A stretch of DNA of 64,000 bases from the human T2T-CHM13v2.0 reference genome, Homo sapiens, in NCBI RefSeq assembly GCF_009914755.1, contig NC_060940.1; one strand, written 5' to 3'. Numbering within the stretch: the first letter of the stretch is position 1; each line of letters begins with the position of its first letter. Position numbers and translations under genes: made by a program. Positions 13,601-26,300 of this stretch are shown one piece after another. The notes under the pieces are model-generated. The model searched no databases and was not told the DNA's origin. It saw nothing but the letters and a program-made list of their open reading frames with translations.

Positions 13601-16600
13601 GATTCCATTTGACTTCATTTGATGATGATTCCTTTCAAGATCATTAGATGATTCCATTCGATTCCATTTGATGATGATCCCATTCGAGTCCATTCAGTGA
13701 TTCCACTCGTTTCCATTCCATGATGATTCCATTCCATTCCATTCAATGATTCCATTCGATTCCGTTTGATGATGATTTCATTCGAGTCCATTTGATGATT
13801 CCATTTGATTCCATTCGATGATGATTCCATTCGAGTCCATTCGATGATTCTATTCGAATCCATTTGATGATTTCTTTTGATTATATTTGGTGATGATTCC
13901 ATTGGAGTCCATTCAATGATTCCATTCGATTCCAATCGATGATGATTCCATTAGAGTCCATTTAATGATTCCATTTGATTCCAGTCTCTGATGTTTACAT
14001 TCGAGTCCATACGATGATTCCACTCAATTCCATATGATGATGATTCCATTCGATTCCATTCGATGATTCCATTCTATTCTATTCAATGGTGATTCCATTC
14101 GAGTACATTAGATGATTCCATTCGATTCCATTCAATGATGATTCTACTTGTGTCCCTTAGATGATTCCACATGATTCCATTAGATGATGATACTATTTGA
14201 GCCCATCCAATGATTCCCTTCGATGAGGATTCCATTCGATTCAATTCATTGGTGATTCTATTCAATTCAATTCTTTGATTCAATTCCATTCCATTCGACA
14301 ATGATTCCATTCGATTTCTTTCGATGATTCCACTCAATTTCACTTGACATTGATTCCATTCGATTCCATTCAATGATTCCATTTGATTCCAGTGGATGAT
14401 GATTGCCGTCGATTCCATTCGATCACTCCATTCTGTTCCATTTGATGATGATTACATTCGATTCCATTTGATGATTCCATCTGATTCTATTCGAGGATTC
14501 CATTTGATTCCATTCGATGATGATTCCATTCGAGTCCATTCGATGGTTTCATTCGAGTACATCCAATGATTCCATTCGAGTCCATTTGATGATTCCATTT
14601 CATTCCATTTGATTATGATTCTACTAGAGTCCATTCAATGACTCCATTCGAGTCCATTCAACAGTTCCATCCGAGTCCATTCGATGATTCCATTCGATTC
14701 CATTTGATGATTCCATTCGAGTCCATTTAATCATTACAGTCGAGTCCATTTGGTGATTCCACTGGATTTCTTTTGATAATGATACCATTCAATTACATTT
14801 GATGATGATCCCATTCAATTTCATTTGATGATGATTCCATTAGAGTCCATTCCATGATTTCATTCGAGTCCCTTCATTGATTCCATCCGATTTCATTTCA
14901 TGATGACTCCATTCGAGTCCATTCGATGATTCCACTCGATTCCTTTAGATGATTCCATTGGAGTCCATTTGATTGTTCCATTCGATTCCATTCGATTCCT
15001 TTCGAAGATTATTCCATTTGAGTCCATTCGATGATGATTCCATTCCATTCCATTCGATGATTCCGTTTGATTCCATTCGATGATTCCCTGCGATTCCTTT
15101 CTATGATGATTCCATTCCATTCCATTCAATGATTCCATTCGAATGTATTCCATGATGATTCCTTTCGATTCCATTCGCTGATGTTTCCGTTCAATTCCAT
15201 TCGATGATGATTCCATTCGATTCCATTCATTGAGGATTCCATTGGATTCCATTCAATGATGATTCCATTCTATTCCATTCAATGATTGCATTCAATTCCA
15301 TTCAATGATTATGCCATTAGAGTAAATTCAACGATTCCATTCAATACCATTCGATGATGATTCCTTTTGAGTCCATTCAATGATTTCATTCAAGTCCATT
15401 TGATGATTCCTTTCAATTCCATTCCATGATGATTCCATTCGAGTCCATTCGATGATTCCATTCGATTGCATTCGATGATTCCATTATATTCCATTCAACG
15501 ATGATTCCATTCGAGTCCATTCGATGATTCCATTAGAGTACATTTAATGATTGCTTTGTTTTCAATTCGAAGATGATTACATTGGATTCCATTCTATGAT
15601 TCCATTCGATTGCATTCATTGATGATTCCACCCAATTCCATTCGATGATGATTCCATTCGATTTCAATGATTCTACTCGATTCCATTCAATGATGATTCA
15701 ATTCTATTCCGTTTGATGATTCCATTAGATTCCATTCTATGATGATTCCATTCGAGTCCATTCGAAGATTTCATTCGATTACATTCCATGACGATTCCAT
15801 TCGAGTCCATTCGATGATTCCATTTGAATCCATTCGACGATGATTCCATTTGATGCTATTCGATGATTCCATTGGATTCCATTCGATGATGATTCCATTC
15901 GACTTGATTTGATGTTTCTATTTGAGTCCATTCGGTTATTTTATTAGACTACATTCGATGATGATTCCATTCGATGCCATTCAATGATTCCATTTGATTC
16001 CACTCAATGATGATTGCATTCGTGTCCATTCGATGATTCCATTTGGTTCCATTTGATGATGATTCCATTCGAGTCCATTCGATGATACCATTCAATTCCA
16101 TTCGATGATCATTCCATTCGAATCCATTTGATGATTCCACTCAATTCCATTTGATGACTCCTTTCATTCCCATTCGATGATTCCCTTCAGTTCCAATTGG
16201 ATGATCTTTCCATTTGATTCAATATGGTGACTCCATTCTATTATATTCAATGATGATTCCATTCGACTCCATTAGATGATGACTCCATTCCATTCCATTC
16301 GATTGTGATTTCATTCGATTCCATTCGAAGATGATTCCATTCGAGTCCATTTGATGATTCCATTCGATTCCATTCAATGATGATTCCACTCAAATCCATT
16401 GGATGATTCCATTCGTTTCCAATTGGTGATTTCATTAGATTCCATTCGAGGATGATTCTATTCGAGTCCATTCAATGATTCCATTGGATTCCGTTTGATA
16501 ATGATTCCATTAGAGTTCATTCGATGATTCCCTTCGAGTCCATTCGATTATTTCTTTTGATTCCATTTGATGATGATTCCATTCGATTCCATTCAATGAT

Positions 16601-19600
16601 TCCATTCCATTCCATTCGATGATGATTCCATTCGATAATGATTACATTCGAGCCCATGTGATGATTCCATTAGATTCTATTCAATGATGATTCCATTCGA
16701 CCACATTCGATGATGGCATTCGAGTCCATTCGATGATTTCACTCGATTCCACTTGATGATGATTCCTTTTGAGTCCATTTGATGATTACATTCGAGTCCA
16801 TGAGATGACTCCATTCGATTCCATTTCATGATGATGCAATTCGAGGCTATTCGATCATCCCATTTTAGTGCATTCGGTGATTCTCTTTTATTACATTCGA
16901 TGAGGGCTCCATTCGAGTCCATTCAATGATTCCATTAGATTCCACTCGATGATGATTCCATTTGAGTCCATTCAAAGATTCCTTTCGAGTCCATTCGATA
17001 ATTCTATTGGATTCCACTAGGTGATGATTCCTTTCGAGTCAATTCGATGATTCCTTTCAAGTGCCTTCAATGATTCCATTCGATTCCATTCGATGACGAT
17101 TCATTTCAAGTCCATTCAATGGTTCCATTCTGTTGAATTTGATGGTTCCATTTGATTCCATTCGATGATGATTCCATTCGTGTCCATTGGATGATTCCAT
17201 TCGATTCCTTTCGAGGAAGATTCCATTCGACTCCATTCAATGATTCCGTTCGATTCCATTCCATGATGATTCCATTTGATTCCATTCCATGATTCCATTC
17301 GATACCATTCGATGATGATTCCATTCGACTCCATTTGATGAATCCATTCAATGCTTCCATTCGAGTCCATTCGATGATTCCATTCGATTCCATTCCATGA
17401 AGATTCCATTCGAGTACATTTGATGATTCCATTTAATTCCATAGGATGATGATTCTATTAGGGTCCGTTGACTATTCCATTCAATTCCATTCGAAGATTC
17501 CATTCGAGTCCACTCGATGATTCTATTTGATTCCATTTGATAATTCCATTCGATTCCATTTGATGTTGATTCCATTCGAGTCCATTCGATCATTATTACA
17601 TTTGATTCTATTCGATGATTCCATTCGATTCCATTTGATGAGGATTCCATTCGAGACCATTTGATGATTCCATTCAATTCCATTGGATGATTCCAATATT
17701 TTCCATTAGATGATGATTCCATTCGATTCCATTCAATGATGATTCCATCAGAATCCATTCGATGATGACTCCTTTTGCTTCCATTCAATGATCATTACAT
17801 TCGGTTCCATTCGATGATGATTCCTTTGGATTCCATTCGATGATGCTTCCATTCGATTCCATTTGATGATGATTCTTTTCGATTCCATTTGATGATGATT
17901 CCATTTGATTCCATTCGATGGTGATTCCATTTGATGATTCCATTCGATTGTATTCGATGATGATTCCACTCGATTCTATTTGATGATGACTGCATTCGAT
18001 TCCATTTGATGATTCCATTTGATTCCATTCGATGATGATTCTGATCAATTGCATTCGATGATCCATTCGATTCCATTTGATGGTTCCATTTGATTCCATT
18101 TGATAATGATTCCTTTCGAGTCCATTCGATGATTCCATTTGCGGATATTCGATAATTCCATTTGAGTCCAACCGATGATTCCATTCGAGGCCATTCAATC
18201 ATTCTTTTTGAGTCCTTTCGATAAAGATTCCATTTTAGTCCATTCAATAATTCCACTGGAGTCCATTCGATGATTGCTTTTAATTCCATTCGATGATATT
18301 CCATTCGAGTCCATTCGATGATTCCATTCGTTGCTATTAGATGATGATTCCATTCATGACCATTTGGTGATTCCATTCGATTTCATTCGTTGATGATTCC
18401 ATTCGAGTCCATTCCATGATTCCATTCAAGTCCATTTGATGATTTCTTTGAATTCAATTCGATGATGATTCCATTCGAGTCCATTCGATGATTCCATTCA
18501 GTTCCATTCGATGATGATTCCTTTCGAGACCATATGATGATTCCATTTGATTTCATTCGATGATGATTCCATTCGATTCCATTCGATGATTCCATTCTAT
18601 TCCATTCGATGATGATTCCATTCGAGTCCATTTAATGATTCCATTGGGTTCAATTCAATGATGATTACATTGGATTCTCTTCTATGATACCATTCAATTC
18701 CGTTCATTGACAATTTGATTCCATTCGATGATGATTCCATTTGAGTTCATTCGATGATTCTATTCGATTCTCTTCGATGGTGATTCAATTCTATTATATT
18801 GGATGATTCCATTCGATTCCATTTGATGTTGATTCAATTCGATTCTATTCGATGATGATTCCATTGGATTTCATTTGATGATTCTATTCGATTCCATTCA
18901 ATGATGATTCACTTCTCGTCCATTGGATGATTCCATTTCATTCCATTCGATGATGATTCCATTCGATTCCATTCGATGATTCCATTTGATTCCATTCGAC
19001 GGTGAGCAATTCGATTCAATTCCATGATGATTCTATTTGATTCAGTTAGATGATGTTTCCATTCGAATCCATTCCATGATTATTCCATTGGAATCCATTC
19101 GGCGATGATTCCATATGAGTCAATTCAATGATGCTTCCATATGGGTCAGTTCGATGATAATTCCATTTGATTTCATTCGATGCTTCTATTCAATTCCAGT
19201 CGATGATGATTCCGTTGGAGTCCATACGATGACTCCATTTGATTTCATTTGATGATGATTCCATTCGATTCCATTCGATGACTCCATTCTGTTCCATTCG
19301 ATGATGATTCCATTCGAGTCCATTCGATGATTCCATTCGAGTCCATTTCATGATTCCATTGGGTTCAATTCGATGATGATTACACTGGATTCCATTCTAT
19401 GATTCCATTCAATTCCATTCGTTGATGATTCGATTCCATTCAATGATGATTCCATTTGAGTTCATTCGATGATTCTATTCGATTCCGTTCGATGGTGATT
19501 CAATTCTATTATATTGGATGATTCCATTCGATTCCATTTGATGATGATTCCATTCGATTCCATTCGATGATGATTCCATTTGATTCCATTTGATGTTGAT

Positions 19601-22600
19601 TCTATTCGATTCTATTCAATGATGATTCCATTCGATTTCATTTGATGATTCTATTCGATTCCTTTCGATGATTCTATTCCATTCCATTCGATGATGATTC
19701 AATTCTCTTCCATTGGATGATTCCATTTTATTCCATTCGACGATGACTCCATTTGATTCCATTCAATGATGATTCCATTCGATTCCATTCGGTGATTCCA
19801 TTTGATTCCATTCGACGGTGAGCAATTTGATTCAATTCCATAATGATTCTATTTGATTCAATTAGATGATGTTTCCATTCGAATCCATTCGGTGATGATT
19901 CCATTGGTATCCATTCGACGATGATTCCATATGAGTCAATTCGATGATGATTCCATACGAGTCCGTTGGATGATAATTCCATTTGATTTCATTCAATCCT
20001 TCTATTCGATTCCATTTGATGATGATTCCATCTGAATCCATTCTCCGATTCCATTCGATTTCATTCGATGCTTCTATTTGATTTCATTCGAAGATGATTC
20101 CTTTCAATTCCGTTCATTAATTCCATTTGATTCCATTCGATGATGATTCCATCCGATTCCATTGGATGATGATTCCATTCGAGTCCATTCGATGATTCCG
20201 TTCTAATCCATTCTATGATTCCATTCGAGTCCATTCGATGATTCCATTCGATTCCATTCAGTGATGATTCCATTTGATTCCATCTGATGATGATTTCATT
20301 TGATTCCATTCGATGATGATTCCATTGGAGTCCATTGAATGATTCAATTCAATTCCATTCCATGTGGATTCCATTCGAATTCATTCGATTATTCCATTCA
20401 AATCCCTTCGTTGATTCCATCTGATTCCACTTGACGATGATTCCATTCAAGTCCAATCGATGATTCCATTCGGTTCCATTCAATGATTCCATTCGAGTCC
20501 ATTTATGTATTATATTCGTGTCCACTTGATGACTCCATTCAATTCCATTTAATGATGATTCCATTTGATTCCATTTGATGATTCAGTTCGATTCCTTACA
20601 ATGATTCCCTACGATTCCTTTCTATGATGATTCCATTCGATTCCATTCATTGATGATTCCATTCGACTCCATTCAATGATGATTCCTTTCGATTCCATTT
20701 GACGATGTTTCCATTTGAGTCCATTCGATGATGATTCCATTGGTATCCATTCGACGATGATTCCATATGAGTCAATTCGATGATGATTCCATACGAGTCC
20801 GTTGGATGATAATTCCATTTGATTTCATTCAATCCTTCTATTCGATTCCATTTGATGATGATTCCATCTGAATCCATTCTCCGATTCCATTCGATTTCAT
20901 TCGATGCTTCTATTTGATTTCATTCGAAGATGATTCCTTTCAATTCCATTCATTAATTCCATTTGATTCCATTCGATGATGATTCCATCCGATTCCATTG
21001 GATGATGATTCCACTCGAGTCCATTCGATGATTCCGTTCTAATCCATTCTATGATTCCATTCGAGTCCATTCGATGATTCCATTCGATTCCATTCAGTGA
21101 TGATTCCATTTGATTCCATCTGATGATGATTTCATTTGATTCCATTCGATGATGATTCCATTGGAGTCCATTGAATGATTCAATTCAATTCCATTCCATG
21201 TGGATTCCATTCGAATTCATTCGATTATTCCATTCAAATCCCTTCGTTGATTCCATCTGATTCCACTTGACGATGATTCCATTCAAGTCCAATCGATGAT
21301 TCCATTCGGTTCCATTCAATGATTCCATTCGAGTCCATTTATGTATTATATTCGTGTCCACTTGATGACTCACTCCATTCAATTCCATTTAATGATGATT
21401 CCATTTGATTCCATTTGATGATTCAGTTCGATTCCTTACAATGATTCCCTACGATTCCTTTCTATGATGATTCCATTCGATTCCATTCATTGATGATTCC
21501 ATTCGACTCCATTCGATGATGATTCCTTTCGATTCCATTTGACGATGTTTCCATTTGAGTCCATTCGATGATGATTCAATTCAGTTCTGTTCTATTATGA
21601 ATCCATTCGATTTCATTCAATGCTTCTATTTGATTCCATTCGACGATGATTCCATCTCTTTCCCTTCGATGATTCCATTTGATTCCATTCAGTGATGATT
21701 CCATTTGATTCCATCTGATGATGATTTCACTTGATTCATTTCAATGATGATTCCATTCAAGTCCATTCGATGATTCCATTGGAGTCCAAACGATCATTCC
21801 ATTCGATTCCATTCAATGATGATTCCATTCATGTCCATTCAATGAATCCTTTCAATTCCATTCGATGATGACTCCATTCGAGTACATTCGATGATTCCAT
21901 TTGATTCCATCTGATGATGATTACATTCAATTCCATTCGAAGATGATTCCATTCAATTCCACTTGATGATGATTCCGTATGAATCCATTCGCTGATTATT
22001 CCATTCGATTCCATTCATTGACGATTCCATTCGATTCCATTCAATGATGATTCTCTTCTATTGCATTCGATGATTCCGGTCGATTCCATTCGATGATGAT
22101 TCCATTAGATTCCATTCGATTGTTGCATTCGATTCCCTTCGATGATGATTCCTTTGAATTCCATTCGATTATCATTCCGTATGAATCCATTTGATGATTA
22201 TTCCATTGGATTCCTTTCGATGATGATTCCATTCGATTCCATTTGATGATGTTTCTCATGTATTCCATTTGATAATTCCTTTCAATTCCCTTCGATGATG
22301 ATTCTTTCGAGTCAATTCGATGATTCTATTCCATTCCCTTCGATGATGATTCCATTTCACTCCATTCGATGATTCCATTCGATTCAATTTGGTGATGATT
22401 CAATTCGATGACATTCGATGACTCCATTCAATTTCATTTGATGCTGATTACATTCGAGTCCATTTGATGATTGTATTCCTTTCCTTTTGATGATTATTCC
22501 ATTCGTGTCTATTCAAAGATTCCATTCTATTCCATTCAATGATGATTCCAATTGATTCCATTCAATGATTATGGCTATCGATTCCACTCGTTGATTCCAT

Positions 22601-23323
22601 TTGATTCCATTCGATGATTATTCCGTTAGATTCCATTAGGAGATTCCATTCGATTTTATTCAATGATTCCAATTGATTCCATTCAATGATGATTCCATTC
22701 GACTCCATTCAGTGATTCCATTTGAGTCCATTTGATGATTCCATTCGAGTCCATTTGGTGATTCCATTCTTTTCCATTTGATGATGATTCCATTAGGGTC
22801 CATTCAATGATTCCATTCGAGTCCATTCGTTAATGCCTTTCGAGTCCTTTTGATCACTACATTCGAGTCCATTCAATGATTCTATTAGATTCCATTCCAT
22901 GATGATTCCATTCGAGTTCATTCGATGATTGCATTCGAGTCCATTTGATGATTCCATAAGATTCCATTCGACAATGATTCCATTCGTGTCCATTTGATGA
23001 TTCCATTCATTTCCTATCGATGAAGATTCCATTCGAGTGTATTCGATGATTCCATTCAAATCCATTCGATGATGATTCCATTCCAGTCCATTCGATCATT
23101 CCACTTGATTCCATTTGATGACTATTCCATTCAAATCCATTTGATGATTCCATTCGATTCCATTCGATGTTACCATTCCAGTATATACGATGATTCCACT
23201 CGATTCCATTTGATGATTATTCCATTGGAGTCGACTTAGTGAATCCTTTAGATTCTACTCGAAGATGATTCCATTCGAGTCCATTCGATGATACCATTCA
23301 ATTCCATTCGTTGATGCTTCCAT
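10669..23323 (+). repeat. 12,655-bp long unit: the canonical unit plus four extra blocks
   Basis: The landmark occurs at 10669 and next at 23324. Canonical markers appear in order (CACTCAAATC 16387, CCATATG 18530, CGACGGTGAG 18997, TATTGG 19512, TTCCACTCGA 23194), separated by non-canonical HSat2. Confidence 0.88.
19895..21570 (+). repeat. Tandem duplication of ~836 bp (2 copies)
   Basis: GGTATCC at 19906 and 20742; TTTATGTATTATATTCG at 20502 and 21338; identical spurious ORFs at 20061 and 20897. All offsets are 836. Confidence 0.93.
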
Positions 23324-26300
23324 TCAAGTGCATTCGATGATATCATTCGATTCCATTTGATGATAATTCCATTTGATTCCATGTGATGATTCTATTCCAT
23401 TCCATTCAATGATAATTCCATTCAATTCAGTGATTCCTCTGGACTCCATTTGATGATGATTCCATTCAATGATTCCATTCGATTCTATTCGAAAATGATT
23501 CCATTTGAATCCATTTGATGATGATTCCATTCGATTCCATTTGATGATTCCATTCGATTCCATTCGACGATGATTCCATTCGATTCCATTTGATGATTCC
23601 ATTCTATTCTATTCGATGATGATTCCATTCGATTCCATTCGATGATGATTGGATTCGATTCCATTTGATGATTTCATTTGATTCCATTCGATGATGATTT
23701 CGATCAATTCCATTCGATGATTCCATTCGATTCCATTTGATAATGATTACATCCGAGTCCATTCGATGATTCCATTTGAGCCCGTTCGATAATTCCATTT
23801 GAGTCCAATCAATGATTCCATTCATTTCCATTCAATGATTCCATTCGAGTCCATTTGATCATTCCGGTAGGGTCCGTTCGATGTTGATTCCATTGGAGTG
23901 CATTCGATGATTCCATTCGAGTCCATTTTAGGATTTGATTCGAGTCCTTTCGATGATTCCATTCGATTCCACTCGATGCGATGATGATTTCATTCGAGTC
24001 CATTCGACACTTCCAATCGATTCCATTTGATGTTTCCATTCGAGTCCAATTGATGATTCCATTCAATTCCATTCGATGATGATTCCGTACGATTCCATTC
24101 TGTGATGATTCCATGTGATTGCATTCAATGATGATTCCTTTCGATTGCATTCGATTATGATTCATTTCGTGTTCATTCTATGGTTCCACAGGTTTCACAT
24201 CGTGTCCATTCCATTATTCCATTCTATTCCATTTGATGATGATTCCATTCGATTCCATTCATTGGTGATTCCACTCAATTCCATTCAATGATTCCATTCC
24301 ATTTCTTTCAACAATGATTCCATTAGTTTCTAATCGATGATCCACTTGATTCCATTTGACGATGATTCCATTCTTGTCCATTCGATGATTCCATTTGATT
24401 CCATATGATGATGATTCCATTCGATTCCACACGATGATGATTCCATTCGAGTCCATTCAATGGTGATTCCATTCAATTCCATTCGATGATTCCTTTCGAT
24501 TCCATTTGATGATGATGGCATTCGATTCCTTTCAATCATTCCCTTTGATTCCACTCAAAGGTGATTTCATTCAAGTCCATTCGATAATTGCATTCGATTC
24601 CATTCTATGATGATTCCATTCGAGTCCATTTGATGATTCCATTCAATTCAAGTCAATGATGATTCCATTCGATTCCATTCGATGATTCCATTGGATTCCA
24701 TTCGATGATGATTCCATTCAAATCCATTCGATAATTCAATTCACGTCCATTCGATGATGATTCCAATCGAATCCATTCAAAGATTCCATTCAATTCCATT
24801 CGATGATTCCCTTAGATTCCATTCGATGATTCCACTTGATTCCATTTACGATGATTCCATTCGATTCCATGTGATGATTCCATTCAATTCTATTCAATGA
24901 TGTTTCCATTTGATTCCATTCGACCATGATTGCCTTTGATTCCATTCAATGATTCCATTCGGTTCCGTTTGATGATGATTCCGTTCGATTCCATTTGATG
25001 ATTCCATTTGATTCCATTGGATGAGTCCATTCGATTACATTCGATGATTATTCCATTCGAGTGCATTAGATGATTCCATTCGAGTCCATTCGATGATTCC
25101 ATTCGAGTCCATTCGATGATTCCATTCGATTCCATTCGATGTTGATTCTGTTCAAATCCATTCGATGATTCCACTCGATTCCATTCGATGACTCCATTTG
25201 ATCCCATTCGATGATTTCCTTTGATTCCCTTTGATGATCATTCCATTTGATTCAATTCGGTGATTTCATTTGATTCCATTCAGTGATGTTTCCATTCGAC
25301 TCCATTCGATGATGATTCCATTCGACTACATTCGATTATGATTTCATTCAATTCCATTCGATAAAGATTCCCTTCGAGTCCAATCGATGATTCCATTCGA
25401 TTCCATTCAACGATGATTTGATTCGTGTCCATTCGATGATTCCATTTGATTCCACTTGATGAGGATTCCATTCGAGTCCATTTGATGATTCCATTCAATT
25501 CCATTCTCCGATGATTTCTTTTGAGCCCATTCAATGCTTCCACTCGATTACATATGATGATGACTCCATTCGATGAAACTCGATGATGATTCCATTCGCT
25601 TGCATTCGATGATGATTCCACTTGAGTCCGTTAGAAGATTCTATTCAATTACATTCCATGACGATTCTGTTCGAGTCCATTTGATGATTCCATTACACTC
25701 CATTCGACAATGATTCCATTCAATGTTATTCGATGATTCCATTCGATCTCATTCGATGATGATTCCATTCAAGTCCATTCGATGTTTCCATTCGAGTTCA
25801 TTCTATTATTCCATTAGATTCCATTCGATGATGATTCCATTCGATTCCATTTGATGATTGCATTCTATTTCATTTGATGATGATTCCATTCGAGTCCATT
25901 CGATGATTCCATTCGAGTCCATTTAATGAATCCATTGGTTTCAATTCTATGATGATTATATTGGATTCCATTCGTTGATGATTTCATTCGATTCCATTCA
26001 ATGATGATTCCATTCAATTCCATTCAATGATTCCATTCAATTCCATACGATGATGATTCCATTTGATTTGATTCGACAGTGAACCATTCGATTCAATTCC
26101 ATGATGATTCTGTTTGATTCACTTGGTTGACATTTCCATTCGATTCCATTCGATGATGATTCCATTTGATTCCATTCAAAGATGATTCCATTCTAGCCCA
26201 TTCAATCATTCCATTCGATTCTATTCAATGATGATTCCATTCATGTCGATTTGGTGATTCCATTTGACTTCATTTGATGATGATTCCTTTCAAGTTCATT

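Noticed and set aside
17795-18376. Longest ORF (193 aa), in the single-copy block
   Set aside because: Same repeat-derived composition, overlapping ORFs in the other two frames, and no recognisable domain.
15600-23200. Possible transposon insertion or inversion explaining the long unit
   Set aside because: All extra sequence is HSat2 in the same orientation. I saw no poly(A), target-site duplication, Alu/L1 sequence or GAATG-strand switch.
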